Positions 36,201 to 51,200 of a stretch of 64,000 nt of DNA are shown here, piece by piece. The DNA is from Eledone cirrhosa (Eukaryota). The notes beneath the pieces are model-generated. The model had not been told where the DNA came from. It searched no databases and worked only from the letters and a program-made list of their open reading frames with translations. Where the stretch lies: positions 19,964,001-20,028,000 of the forward strand of contig OZ024741.1 of NCBI GenBank assembly GCA_964016885.1. The letters are read 5' to 3'. The stretch's first letter is position 1; the number at the start of each line of letters is the position of its first letter. A program made the position numbers and the translations under genes.

Positions 36201-39200
36201 AGTTATCATCACTGTCGTTGTTAAGTTATCATCGCTGTCATTGTTAAGTTATCATCTCTGTCGTTGTTAAGTTATCATCGCTGTCGTGGTTAAGTTATCA
36301 TCTCTGTCGTTGTTAAGTTATCAACGCTATCATTGTTAAGTTATCATCTCTGTCTTTGTTAAGTTATCATCACTGTTGTAGTTAAGTTATCATCACTGTC
36401 GTTGTTAAGTTATCATATCTGTCGTTGTTAAGTTATCAACGCTGTCATTGTTAAGTTATCATCGCTGTCGTTAAGTTATCATCTCTGTCTTTGTTAAGTT
36501 ATCATCACTGTCGTTGTTAAGTTATCATTACTGTCGTTGTTAAGTTATCATCTTTGTCGTTTTTAAATTATCATCACTGTCGTTGTTAAGTTATCATCTC
36601 AGTCGTTAAGTTATCATCTCTGTCTTTGTTAAGTTATCATCACTGTCGTTGTTAAGTTATCATCTCTGTCGTTAAGTTATCATCTCTGTCTTTGTCAAGT
36701 TATCATCACTGTCGTTGTTAAGTTATCATCACTGTCGTTGTTAAGTTATCATCTCTGTCGTTGTTAAGTTATCATCAGTGCCCTTGTTAAGTTATCATCA
36801 CTGTCGTTTTTAAATTATCATCACTGTTGTTGTTAAGTTATCATCACTGTCGTTGTTATGTTATCATCTCTGTCGTTGTTAAGTTATCATCACTGTCATT
36901 GTTAAGTTGTCATCACTGTCGTTGTTAAGTTATCATCGCTGTCTTTAAGTTATCATCGCTGTCGTTGTTAAGTTATCATCTCTGTCGTTGTTAAGTTATC
37001 ATCGCTGTCGTTGTTAAGGTATTATCTCTGTCGTTGTTAAGTTATTATCTCTGTTGTTGTTAAGTTATCATCTCTGTCGTTGTTAAGTTATTATCTCTGT
37101 CGTTGTTAAGTTATCATCTCTGTCGTTGTTAAATTCTCATCGCTGTCGTTGTTAAGTTGTCATCTCTGTCGTTGTTAAGTTATCATCTCTGTCGTTGTTA
37201 AGTTATCATCGCTGTCGTTGTTAAGTTATCATCGCTGTCGTCGTTAAGTTATCATCGCTGTCGTTGTTAAGTTATCAGCTCTTTCGTTGTTAAGTTATCA
37301 TCGCAGTCGTTGTTAAGTTATCATCGCTGTCGTTAAGTTATCATCTCTGTTGTTGTTAAGTTATCATCTCTGTCGTTGTTAAGTTATCATCACTGTCGTT
37401 GTTAAATTATCATCTCTGTCGTTGTTAAGTTATCATCTCTGTCGTTGTTAAGTTCTCATCGCTGTCGTTGTTAAGTTATCATCACTGTCGTTGTTAAGTT
37501 ATCATCACTGTCGTTGTTAAGTTCTCATCGCTGTCGTTGTTAAGTTATCATCACTGTCGTTGTTAAGTTATCATCACTGTCGTTGTTAAGTTATCATCGC
37601 TGTCGTTGTTAAGTTATCATCACTGTCGTTGTTAAGTTATCATCGCTGACGATGTTAAGTTATCATCGCTGTCGTTGTTAAGTTATCATCACTGTCGTTG
37701 TTAAGTTATCATCTCTGCCGTGGTTAAGTTATCATCTCAGTCGTTGTTAAGTTATCATCGCTGTCGTTGTTAAGTTATCATCTCTGTCGTTGTTAAGTTA
37801 TCATCACTGTCGTTGTTAAGTTATCATCGCTGTCATTGTTAAGTTATCATCTCTGTGGTTGTTAAGTTATCATCGCTGTCGTGGTTAAGTTATCATCTCT
37901 GTCGTTGTTAAGTTATCATCGCTGTCGTTGTTAAGTTATCATCTCTGTCATTGTTAAGTTATCATCACTGTCGTTGTTAAGTTATCATCACTGTCGTTGT
38001 TAAGTTATCATCTCTGTCGTTGGTAAGTTTTCATCAGTGCCCTTGTTAAGTTATCATCACTGTCGTTTTTAAATTATCATCACTGTTGTTGTTGAGTTAT
38101 CATCACTGTCGTTGTTATGTTATCATCTCTGTCGTTGTTAAGTTATCATCACTGTCATTGTTAAGTTATCATCTCTGTCGTTGTTAAATTATCATCACTG
38201 TCGTGGTTAAGTTATCATCTCTGTCGTTAAGTTATCATCTCTGTGGTTGTTAAGTTATCATCTCTGTCGTTGTTAAGTTATCATCACTGTCGTTAAGTTA
38301 TCATCTCTGTCGTTGTTAAGTTATCATCTCTGTCGTTGTTAAGTTATCATCACTGTCGTTGTTAAGCAATCATCTCTGTCGTTATTAAGTTATCATCTCT
38401 GTCTTTGTTAAGTTATCATCACTGTCGTTGTTAAGTTATCATTACTGTCGTTGTTAAGTTATCATCTTTGTCGTTTTTAAATTATCATCACTGTCGTTGT
38501 TAAGTTATCATCTCTGTCGTTAAGTTATCATCTCTGTCTTTGTTAAGTTATCATCACTGTCGTTGTTAAGTTATCATCACTGTCGTTGTTAAGTTATCAT
38601 CTCTGTCGTTGTTAAGTTATCATCAGTGCCCTTGTTAAGTTATCATCACTGTCGTTTTTAAATTATCATCACTGTTGTTGTTAAGTTATCATCACTGTCG
38701 TTGTTATGTTATCATCTCTGTCGTTGTTAAGTTATCATCACTGTCATTGTTAAGTTGTCAGCACTGTCGTTGTTAAGTTATCATCACTGTCGTTGAGTTA
38801 TCATCGCTGTCGTTGTTAAGTTATCATCGCTGTCGTTGTTAAGTTATCATCTCTGTCGTTGTTAAGTTATCAGCTCAGTCGTTGTTAAGTTCTCATCGCT
38901 GTCGTTGTTAAGTTATCATCACTGTCGTTGTTAAGTTATCATCTCTGTCGTTGTTAAGTTATCATCTCTGTCGTTGTTAAGTTATCATCGCTGTCGTTGT
39001 TAAGTTATCATCGCTGTCGTTGTTGAATTATCATCTCTGTCGTGGTTAAGTTATCATCGCTGTCGTTGTTAAGTTATCATCTCTGTCGTTGTTAAGTTAT
39101 CAACTCTGTCGTTGTTAAGTTCTCATCTCTGTCGTTGTTAAATTATCATCTCTGTCGTGGTTAAGTTATCATCGCTGTCGTTGTTAAGTTATCATCGCAG

Positions 39201-42200
39201 TCGTTGTTAAATTATCATCTCTGTCGTGGTTAAGTTATCATCGCTGTCGTTGTTAAGTTATCATCGCTGTCGTTGTTAAGTTATCATCGCTGTCGTTGTT
39301 AAGTTATCATCACTGCAGTTGTTAAGTTATCATCGCTGTCATTGTTAAGTTATCAACTCTGTCGTTGTTAAGTTATCATCACTGTCGTTGTTAAGTTATT
39401 ATCGCTGTCGTTAAGTTATCATCACTGTCGTTATTAAGTTATCATCTCTGTCGTTGTTAAGTTATCATCTCTGTTGTTGTTAAGTTATCATCACTGTCGT
39501 TGTTATGTTATCATCTCTGTCGTTGTTAAGTTATCATCACTGTCATTGTTAAGTTGTCATCACTGTCGTTGTTAAGTTATCAACACTGTCGATGTTAAGT
39601 TATCATCGCTGTCGTTGTTAAGTTCTCATCACTGTCTTGTTAAGTTCTCATCGGTGTCGTTGTTAAGTTATCATCGCTGTCGTGGTTAAGTTATCATCGC
39701 TGTCGTTGTTAAGTTATCATCTCTGTCGTTGTTAAGTTATCATCTCTGTCGTTGTTAAGTTCTCATCGCTGTCGTTGTTAAGTTATCATCACTGTCGTTG
39801 TTAAGTTATCATCTCTGTCGTTGTTAAGTTATTATCACTGTCATTGTTAAGTTGTCATCACTGTCGTTGTTAAGTTATCATCGCTGTCGTTGTTAAGTTA
39901 TCATCACTGTCGTTGTTAAGTTATCATCACTGTCGTTGTTAAGTTATCATCGCTGTCGTTGTTAAGTTATCATCACTGTCGTTGTTAAGTTATCATCGCT
40001 GACGATGTTAAGTTATCATCGCTGTCGTTGTTAAGTTATCATCACTGTCGTTGTTAAGTTATCATCTCTGTCGTGGTTAAGTTATCATCTCAGTCGTTGT
40101 TAAGTTATCATCGCTGTCGTTGTTAAGTTATCATCTCTGTCGTTGTTAAGTTATCATCACTGTCGTTGTTAAGTTATCATCGCTGTCATTGTTAAGTTAT
40201 CATCTCTGTGGTTGTTAAGTTATCATCGCTGTCGTGGTTAAGTTATCATCTCTGTCGTTGTTAAGTTATCATCGCTGTCGTTGTTAAGTTATCATCTCTG
40301 TCATTGTTAAGTTATCATCACTGTCGTTGTTAAGTTATCATCACTGTCGTTGTTAAGTTATCATCTCTGTCGTTGGTAAGTTTTCATCAGTGCCCTTGTT
40401 AAGTTATCATCACTGTCGTTTTTAAATTATCATCACTGTTGTTGTTGAGTTATCATCACTGTCGTTGTTATGTTATCATCTCTGTCGTTGTTAAGTTATC
40501 ATCACTGTCATTGTTAAGTTATCATCTCTGTCGTTGTTAAATTATCATCACTGTCGTGGTTAAGTTATCATCTCTGTCGTTAAGTTATCATCTCTGTGGT
40601 TGTTAAGTTATCATCTCTGTCGTTGTTAAGTTATCATCACTGTCGTTAAGTTATCATCTCTGTCGTTGTTAAGTTATCATCTCTGTCGTTGTTAAGTTAT
40701 CATCACTGTCGTTGTTAAGCAATCATCTCTGTCGTTATTAAGTTATCATCTCTGTCTTTGTTAAGTTATCATCACTGTCGTTGTTAAGTTATCATTACTG
40801 TCGTTGTTAAGTTATCATCTTTGTCGTTTTTAAATTATCATCACTGTCGTTGTTAAGTTATCATCTCTGTCGTTAAGTTATCATCTCTGTCTTTGTTAAG
40901 TTATCATCACTGTCGTTGTTAAGTTATCATCACTGTCGTTGTTAAGTTATCATCTCTGTCGTTGTTAAGTTATCATCAGTGCCCTTGTTAAGTTATCATC
41001 ACTGTCGTTTTTAAATTATCATCACTGTTGTTGTTAAGTTATCATCACTGTCGTTGTTATGTTATCATCTCTGTCGTTGTTAAGTTATCATCACTGTCAT
41101 TGTTAAGTTGTCAGCACTGTCGTTGTTAAGTTATCATCACTGTCGTTGAGTTATCATCGCTGTCGTTGTTAAGTTATAATCGCTGTCGTTGTTAAGTTAT
41201 CATCTCTGTCGTTGTTAAGTTATCAGCTCAGTCGTTGTTAAGTTCTCATCGCTGTCGTTGTTAAGTTATCATCACTGTCGTTGTTAAGTTATCATCTCTG
41301 TCATTTTTAAGTTATCATCTCTGTCGTTGTTAAGTTATCATCGCTGTCGTTGTTAAGTTATCATCGCTGTCGTTGTTGAATTATCATCTCTGTCGTGGTT
41401 AAGTTATCATCGCTGTCGTTGTTAAGTTATCATCTCTGTCGTTGTTAAGTTATCAACTCTGTCGTTGTTAAGTTCTCATCTCTGTCGTTGTTAAATTATC
41501 ATCTCTGTCGTGGTTAAGTTATCATCTCTGTCGTTGTTAAGTTATCATCGCAGTCGTTGTTAAATTATCATCTCTGTCGTGGTTAAGTTATCATCGCTGT
41601 CGTTGTTAAGTTATCATCGCTGTCGTTGTTAAGTTATCATCGCTGTCGTTGTTAAGTTATCATCACTGCAGTTGTTAAGTTATCATCGCTGTCATTGTTA
41701 AGTTATCAACTCTGTCGTTGTTAAGTTATCATCACTGTCGTTGTTAAGTTATTATCGCTGTCGTTAAGTTATCATCACTGTCGTTATTAAGTTATCATCT
41801 CTGTCGTTGTTAAGTTATCATCTCTGTTGTTGTTAAGTTATCATCACTGTCGTTGTTATGTTATCATCTCTGTCGTTGTTAAGTTATCATCACTGTCATT
41901 GTTAAGTTGTCATCACTGTCGTTGTTAAGTTATCAACACTGTCGATGTTAAGTTATCATCGCTGTCGTTGTTAAGTTCTCATCACTGTCTTGTTAAGTTC
42001 TCATCGGTGTCGTTGTTAAGTTATCATCGCTGTCGTGGTTAAGTTATCATCGCTGTCGTTGTTAAGTTATCATCTCTGTCGTTGTTAAGTTATCATCTCT
42101 GTCGTTGTTAAGTTCTCATCGCTGTCGTTGTTAAGTTATCATCACTGTCGTTGTTAAGTTATCATCTCTGTCGTTGTTAAGTTATTATCACTGTCATTGT

Positions 42201-45200
42201 TAAGTTGTCATCACTGTCGTTGTTAAGTTATCATCGCTGTCGTTAAGTTATCATCGCTGTCGTTGTTAAGTTATCATCTCTGTCGTTGTTAAGTTATCAT
42301 CGCTGTCGTTGTTAAGGTATTATCTCTGTCGTTGTTAAGTTATCATCTCTGTTGTTGTTAAGTTATCATCTCTGTCGTTGTTAAGTTATTATCTCTGTCG
42401 TTGTTCCGTTATCATCGCTGTCGTTGTTAAGTTATCATCTCTGTCGTTGTTAAGTTATCATCTCTGTCGTTGTTAAGTTATCATCTCTGTCGTTGTTAAA
42501 TTCTCATCGCTGTCGTTGTTAAGTTATCATCTCTGTCGTTGTTAAGTTCTCATCGGTGTCGTTGTTAAGTTATCATCTCTGTCGTTGTTAAGTTCTCATC
42601 GGTGTCGTTGTTAAGTTCTCATCGGTGTCGTTGTTAAGTTATCATCTCTGTCGTTGTTAAGTTATCATCGCTGTCGTTGTTAAGTTCTCATCGGTGTCGT
42701 TGTTAAGTTATCATCACTGTCGTTGTTAAGTTATCATCGCTGTCGTTGTTAAGTTATCATCGCTGTCATTGTTAAGTTCTCATCGGTGTCGTTGTTAAGT
42801 TATCATCACTGTCGTTGTTAAGTTATCATCGCTGTCGATGTTAAGTTATCATCTCTGTCGTTGTTAAGTTCTCATCGGTGTCGTTGTTAAGTTATCATCG
42901 CTGTCGTTGTTAAGTTATCATCTCTGTCGTTGTTAAGTTCTAATCGGTGTCGTTGTTAAGTTATCATCTCTGTCGTGGTTACGTTATCATCGCTGTCGTT
43001 GTTAAGTTATCATCTCTGTCGTTGTTAAGTTATCAACTCTGTCGTTGTTAAGTTCTCATCTCTGTCGTTGTTAAGTTATCATCACTGTCGTTGTTAAGTT
43101 ATCATCTCTGTCGTGGTTAAGTTATCATCGCCGTCGTTGTTAAATTATCATCTCTGTCGTGGTTAAGTTATCATCGCTGTCGTTGTTAAGTTATCTTCGC
43201 TGTCGTTGTTAAGTTATCATCGCTGTCGTTGTTAAGTTATCAACTCTGTCGTGGTTAAGTTATCATCGCCGTCGTTGTTAAATTATCATCTCTGTCGTGG
43301 TTAAGTTATCATCGCTGTCGTTGTTAAGTTATCATCTCTGTCGTGGTTAAGTTATCATCGCCGTCGTTGTTAAATTATCATCTCTGTCGTGGTTAAGTTA
43401 TCATCTCTGTCGTTAAGTTATCATCTCTGTGGTTGTTAAGTTATCATCTCTGTCGTTGTTAAGTTATCATCACTGTCGTTAAGTTATCATCTCTGTCGTT
43501 GTTAAGTTATCATCTCTGTCGTTGTTAAGTTATCATCACTGTCGTTGTTAAGCAATCATCTCTGTCGTTATTAAGTTATCATCTCTGTCTTTGTTAAGTT
43601 ATCATCACTGTCGTTGTTAAGTTATCATTACTGTCGTTGTTAAGTTATCATCTTTGTCGTTTTTAAATTATCATCACTGTCGTTGTTAAGTTATCATCTC
43701 TGTCGTTAAGTTATCATCTCTGTCTTTGTTAAGTTATCATCACTGTCGTTGTTAAGTTATCATCACTGTCGTTGTTAAGTTATCATCTCTGTCGTTGTTA
43801 AGTTATCATCAGTGCCCTTGTTAAGTTATCATCACTGTCGTTTTTAAATTATCATCACTGTTGTTGTTAAGTTATCATCACTGTCGTTGTTATGTTATCA
43901 TCTCTGTCGTTGTTAAGTTATCATCACTGTCATTGTTAAGTTGTCAGCACTGTCGTTGTTAAGTTATCATCACTGTCGTTGAGTTATCATCGCTGTCGTT
44001 GTTAAGTTATCATCGCTGTCGTTGTTAAGTTATCATCTCTGTCGTTGTTAAGTTATCAGCTCAGTCGTTGTTAAGTTCTCATCGCTGTCGTTGTTAAGTT
44101 ATCATCACTGTCGTTGTTAAGTTATCATCTCTGTCGTTGTTAAGTTATCATCTCTGTCGTTGTTAAGTTATCATCGCTGTCGTTGTTAAGTTATCATCGC
44201 TGTCGTTGTTGAATTATCATCTCTGTCGTGGTTAAGTTATCATCGCTGTCGTTGTTAAGTTATCATCTCTGTCGTTGTTAAGTTATCAACTCTGTCGTTG
44301 TTAAGTTCTCATCTCTGTCGTTGTTAAATTATCATCTCTGTCGTGGTTAAGTTATCATCGCTGTCGTTGTTAAGTTATCATCGCAGTCGTTGTTAAATTA
44401 TCATCTCTGTCGTGGTTAAGTTATCATCGCTGTCGTTGTTAAGTTATCATCGCTGTCGTTGTTAAGTTATCATCGCTGTCGTTGTTAAGTTATCATCACT
44501 GCAGTTGTTAAGTTATCATCGCTGTCATTGTTAAGTTATCAACTCTGTCGTTGTTAAGTTATCATCACTGTCGTTGTTAAGTTATTATCGCTGTCGTTAA
44601 GTTATCATCACTGTCGTTATTAAGTTATCATCTCTGTCGTTGTTAAGTTATCATCTCTGTTGTTGTTAAGTTATCATCACTGTCGTTGTTATGTTATCAT
44701 CTCTGTCGTTGTTAAGTTATCATCACTGTCATTGTTAAGTTGTCATCACTGTCGTTGTTAAGTTATCAACACTGTCGATGTTAAGTTATCATCGCTGTCG
44801 TTGTTAAGTTCTCATCACTGTCTTGTTAAGTTCTCATCGGTGTCGTTGTTAAGTTATCATCGCTGTCGTGGTTAAGTTATCATCGCTGTCGTTGTTAAGT
44901 TATCATCTCTGTCGTTGTTAAGTTATCATCTCTGTCGTTGTTAAGTTATCATCTCTGTTGTTGTTAAGTTATCATCTCTGTCGTTGTTAAGTTATTATCT
45001 CTGTCGTTGTTCCGTTATCATCGCTGTCGTTGTTAAGTTATCATCTCTGTCGTTGTTAAGTTATCATCTCTGTCGTTGTTAAGTTATCATCTCTGTCGTT
45101 GTTAAATTCTCATCGCTGTCGTTGTTAAGTTATCATCTCTGTCGTTGTTAAGTTCTCATCGGTGTCGTTGTTAAGTTATCATCTCTGTCGTTGTTAAGTT

Positions 45201-48200
45201 CTCATCGGTGTCGTTGTTAAGTTCTCATCGGTGTCGTTGTTAAGTTATCATCTCTGTCGTTGTTAAGTTATCATCGCTGTCGTTGTTAAGTTCTCATCGG
45301 TGTCGTTGTTAAGTTATCATCACTGTCGTTGTTAAGTTATCATCGCTGTCGTTGTTAAGTTATCATCGCTGTCATTGTTAAGTTCTCATCGGTGTCGTTG
45401 TTAAGTTATCATCACTGTCGTTGTTAAGTTATCATCGCTGTCGATGTTAAGTTATCATCTCTGTCGTTGTTAAGTTCTCATCGGTGTCGTTGTTAAGTTA
45501 TCATCGCTGTCGTTGTTAAGTTATCATCTCTGTCGTTGTTAAGTTCTAATCGGTGTCGTTGTTAAGTTATCATCTCTGTCGTGGTTACGTTATCATCGCT
45601 GTCGTTGTTAAATTATCATCTCTGTCGTTGTTAAGTTATCAACTCTGTCGTTGTTAAGTTCTCATCTCTGTCGTTGTTAAGTTATCATCACTGTCGTTGT
45701 TAAGTTATCATCTCTGTCGTGGTTAAGTTATCATCGCCGTCGTTGTTAAATTATCATCTCTGTCGTGGTTAAGTTATCATCGCTGTCGTTGTTAAGTTAT
45801 CTTCGCTGTCGTTGTTAAGTTATCATCGCTGTCGTTGTTAAGTTATCAACTCTGTCGTGGTTAAGTTATCATCGCCGTCGTTGTTAAATTATCATCTCTG
45901 TCGTGGTTAAGTTATCATCGCTGTCGTTGTTAAGTTATCATCTCTGTCGTGGTTAAGTTATCATCGCCGTCGTTGTTAAATTATCATCTCTGTCGTGGTT
46001 AAGTTATCATCGCTGTCGTTGTTAAGTTATCATCGCAGTCGTTGTTAAATTATCATCTCTGTCGTGGTTAAGTTATCATCGCTGTCGTTGTTAAGTTATC
46101 TTCGCTGTCGTTGTTAAGTTATCATCGCTGTCGTTGTTAAGTTATCAACTCTGTCGTTGTTAAGTTATCATCACTGTCGTTGTTAAGTTATCATCGCTGT
46201 CGTTAAGTTATCATTACTGTCGTTATTAAGTTATCATCTCTGTCGTTGTTAAGTTATCATCGCTATCGTTGTTAAGTTTTCAACTATGCGGTTGTTAAGT
46301 TATCATCACTGTTGTTGTTAAGTTATTATCGCTGTCGTTAAGTTCTCATCGCTGTCGTTGTTAAGTTATCATCTCTGTTGTTGTTAAGTTATCATCACTG
46401 TCGTTGTTAAGTTAACATCTCTGTCGTTGTTAAGTTATCATCACCGTCATTGTTAAGTTGTCATCACTGTCGTTGTTAAGTTATCAACACTGTCGATGTT
46501 AAGTTATCATCGCTGTCGTTGTTAAGTTCTCATCGGTGTCATTTTTAAGTTATCATCGCTGTCGTTGTTAAGTTCTCATCGGTGTCATTTTTAAGTTATC
46601 ATCTCTGTCGTTGTTAAGTTATCATCACTGTCTTGTTAAGTTCTCATCGGTGTCGTGGTTAAGTTATCATCTCTGTCGTTGGTAAGTTATCATCGCTGTC
46701 GTCGTTAAGTTCTAATCGGTGTCGTTGTTAAGTTATCATCTCTGTCGTTGTTAAATAATCATCTCTGTCGTGGTTAAGTTATCATCGCCGTCGGTGTTAA
46801 GTTATCATCTCTGTCGTTGTTAAGTTATCAACTCTGTCGTTGTTAAGTTATCATCTCTGTCGTTGTTAAATTATCATCTCTGTCGTGGTTAAGTTATCAT
46901 CGCTGTCGTTGTTAAGTTATCATCTCTGTCGTGGTTAAGTTATCATCGCTGTCGTTGTTAAGTTATCATGGCTGTCGTTGTTTAAGTTATCATCGCAGTC
47001 GTTGTTAAGTTATCATCACTGCAGTTGTTAAGTTATCATCGCTGTCATTGTTAAGTTATCATCGCTGTCATTGTTAAGTTATCATCTCTGTTGTTTTTAA
47101 ATTATCATCATTGTCGTTATTAAGTTATCATCTCTGTGTTTCTTAAGTTATCATCACTGTCGTTGTTAAGTTATCATCACTGTCGTTGTTAAGTTATCAT
47201 CGCTGTCGTTGTTAAGTTATCATCACTGTCGTTGTTAAGTTATCATATCTGTCGTTGTTAAGTTATCAACGCTGTCATTGTTAAGTTATCATCGCTGTCG
47301 TTACGTTATCATCTCTGTCTTTGTTAAGTTATCATGACTGTCGCTGTTAAGTTATCATCACTGTCGTTGTTAAGTTATCATCTCTGTCGTTGTTAAGTTA
47401 TCATCTCTGTCGTTGTTATGTTATCATCTCTGTCGTTAAATTCTCATCGCTGTCATCGTTAAGTTATCAACTGTGTCGTTGTTAAATTATCATCTCTGTC
47501 GTGGTTAAATTATCATCGCTGCGCTGTCGTTGTTGTTAGGTTCTCATCTCTGTCATTGTTAAGTTATCAACGCTGTCATTGTTAAGTTATCATCGCTGTC
47601 ATTGTTAAGTTATCATCGCTGTCGTTGTTAAGTTATCATCGCTGTCGTTGTTAAGTTATCATCTCTGTCGTTGTTAAGTTATCATCTCTGTCGTTGTTAA
47701 GTTATCATCTCTGTCGTTGTTAAGTTATCATCTCTGTCGTTGTTAAGTTATCATCTCTGTCGTTGTTAAGTTATCATCTCTGTCGTTGTTAAATTATCAT
47801 CTCTGTCGTTGTTATGTTATCATCTCTGTCGTTAAATTCTCATCGCTGTCGTTGTTAAGTTATCATCTCTGTCGTTGTTAAGTTATCATCGCTGTCGTTG
47901 TTAAGTTATCATCACTGTCGTTAAGTTATAATCTCTGTCGTTGTTAAGTTATCATCACTGTCGGTGTTAAGTTATCATCGCTGTCGTTGCTAAGTTATCA
48001 TCTCTGTCGTTGTTAAGTTATCATCTCTGTCGTTGTTAAGTTATCATCATTGTCGTTGTTGAGTTATTATGGCTGTCTTTGTTAAGTTATCATCTCTGTC
48101 GTTGTTAAGTTATCATCTCTGTCGTTGTTAAATTATCATCTCTGTCGTTGTTATGTTATCATCTCTGTCGTTGTTAAGTTAACATCTCTGTCGTTGTTAA

Positions 48201-51200
48201 GTTATCATCTCTGTCGTTGTTAAGTTATCATCACTGTCGTTAAGTTAGCAACTCTGTCGTTGTTAAGTTATCATCTTTGCCGTTGTTAAGTTATAATCAC
48301 TGTCGTTGTTAAGCAATCATATCTGTCGTGGTTAAGTTATCATCTCTGTCGTTAAATTCTCATCGCTGTCGTTGTGAAGTTATCATCTCTGTCGTTATTA
48401 AGTTATCATCGCTGTCGTTGTTAAGTTCTCATCACTGTCGTTGTTAAGTTATCATCGCTGTCATTGTTAAGCAATCATCTCTGTCGTTATTAAGTTATCA
48501 TCTCTGTCTTTGTTAAGTTATCATCACTGTCGTTGTTAAGTTATCATTACTGTCGTTGTTAAGTTATCATCTTTGTCGTTTTTAAATTATCATCACTGTC
48601 GTTGTTAAGTTATCATCTCTGTCGTTAAGTTATCATCTCTGTCTTTGTTAAGTTATCATCACTGTCGTTGTTAAGTTATCATCACTGTCGTTGTTAAGTT
48701 ATCATCTCTGTCGTTGTTAAGTTATCATCAGTGCCCTTGTTAAGTTATCATCACTGTCGTTTTTAAATTATCATCACTGTTGTTGTTAAGTTATCATCAC
48801 TGTCGTTGTTATGTTATCATCTCTGTCGTTGTTAAGTTATCATCACTGTCATTGTTAAGTTGTCAGCACTGTCGTTGTTAAGTTATCATCACTGTCGTTG
48901 AGTTATCATCGCTGTCGTTGTTAAGTTATAATCGCTGTCGTTGTTAAGTTATCATCTCTGTCGTTGTTAAGTTATCAGCTCAGTCGTTGTTAAGTTCTCA
49001 TCGCTGTCGTTGTTAAGTTATCATCACTGTCGTTGTTAAGTTATCATCTCTGTCGTTTTTAAGTTATCATCTCTGTCGTTGTTAAGTTATCATCGCTGTC
49101 GTTGTTAAGTTATCATCGCTGTCGTTGTTGAATTATCATCTCTGTCGTGGTTAAGTTATCATCGCTGTCGTTGTTAAGTTATCATCTCTGTCGTTGTTAA
49201 GTTATCAACTCTGTCGTTGTTAAGTTCTCATCTCTGTCGTTGTTAAATTATCATCTCTGTCGTGGTTAAGTTATCATCTCTGTCGTTGTTAAGTTATCAT
49301 CGCAGTCGTTGTTAAATTATCATCTCTGTCGTGGTTAAGTTATCATCGCTGTCGTTGTTAAGTTATCATCGCTGTCGTTGTTAAGTTATCATCGCTGTCG
49401 TTGTTAAGTTATCATCACTGCAGTTGTTAAGTTATCATCGCTGTCATTGTTAAGTTATCAACTCTGTCGTTGTTAAGTTATCATCACTGTCGTTGTTAAG
49501 TTATTATCGCTGTCGTTAAGTTATCATCACTGTCGTTATTAAGTTATCATCTCTGTCGTTGTTAAGTTATCATCTCTGTTGTTGTTAAGTTATCATCACT
49601 GTCGTTGTTATGTTATCATCTCTGTCGTTGTTAAGTTATCATCACTGTCATTGTTAAGTTGTCATCACTGTCGTTGTTAAGTTATCAACACTGTCGATGT
49701 TAAGTTATCATCGCTGTCGTTGTTAAGTTCTCATCACTGTCTTGTTAAGTTCTCATCGGTGTCGTTGTTAAGTTATCATCGCTGTCGTGGTTAAGTTATC
49801 ATCGCTGTCGTTGTTAAGTTATCATCTCTGTCGTTGTTAAGTTATCATCTCTGTCGTTGTTAAGTTCTCATCGCTGTCGTTGTTAAGTTATCATCACTGT
49901 CGTTGTTAAGTTATCATCTCTGTCGTTGTTAAGTTATTATCACTGTCATTGTTAAGTTGTCATCACTGTCGTTGTTAAGTTATCATCGCTGTCGTTAAGT
50001 TATCATCGCTGTCGTTGTTAAGTTATCATCTCTGTCGTTGTTAAGTTATCATCGCTGTCGTTGTTAAGGTATTATCTCTGTCGTTGTTAAGTTATCATCT
50101 CTGTTGTTGTTAAGTTATCATCTCTGTCGTTGTTAAGTTATTATCTCTGTCGTTGTTCCGTTATCATCGCTGTCGTTGTTAAGTTATCATCTCTGTCGTT
50201 GTTAAGTTATCATCTCTGTCGTTGTTAAGTTATCATCTCTGTCGTTGTTAAATTCTCATCGCTGTCGTTGTTAAGTTATCATCTCTGTCGTTGTTAAGTT
50301 CTCATCGGTGTCGTTGTTAAGTTATCATCTCTGTCGTTGTTAAGTTCTCATCGGTGTCGTTGTTAAGTTCTCATCGGTGTCGTTGTTAAGTTATCATCTC
50401 TGTCGTTGTTAAGTTATCATCGCTGTCGTTGTTAAGTTCTCATCGGTGTCGTTGTTAAGTTATCATCACTGTCGTTGTTAAGTTATCATCGCTGTCGTTG
50501 TTAAGTTATCATCGCTGTCATTGTTAAGTTCTCATCGGTGTCGTTGTTAAGTTATCATCACTGTCGTTGTTAAGTTATCATCGCTGTCGATGTTAAGTTA
50601 TCATCTCTGTCGTTGTTAAGTTCTCATCGGTGTCGTTGTTAAGTTATCATCGCTGTCGTTGTTAAGTTATCATCTCTGTCGTTGTTAAGTTCTAATCGGT
50701 GTCGTTGTTAAGTTATCATCTCTGTCGTGGTTACGTTATCATCGCTGTCGTTGTTAAGTTATCATGTCTGTCGTTGTTAAGTTATCAACTCTGTCGTTGT
50801 TAAGTTCTCATCTCTGTCGTTGTTAAGTTATCATCACTGTCGTTGTTAAGTTATCATCTCTGTCGTGGTTAAGTTATCATCGCCGTCGTTGTTAAATTAT
50901 CATCTCTGTCGTGGTTAAGTTATCATCGCTGTCGTTGTTAAGTTATCTTCGCTGTCGTTGTTAAGTTATCATCGCTGTCGTTGTTAAGTTATCAACTCTG
51001 TCGTGGTTAAGTTATCATCGCCGTCGTTGTTAAATTATCATCTCTGTCGTGGTTAAGTTATCATCGCTGTCGTTGTTAAGTTATCATCTCTGTCGTGGTT
51101 AAGTTATCATCGCCGTCGTTGTTAAATTATCATCTCTGTCGTGGTTAAGTTATCATCTCTGTCGTTAAGTTATCATCTCTGTGGTTGTTAAGTTATCATC

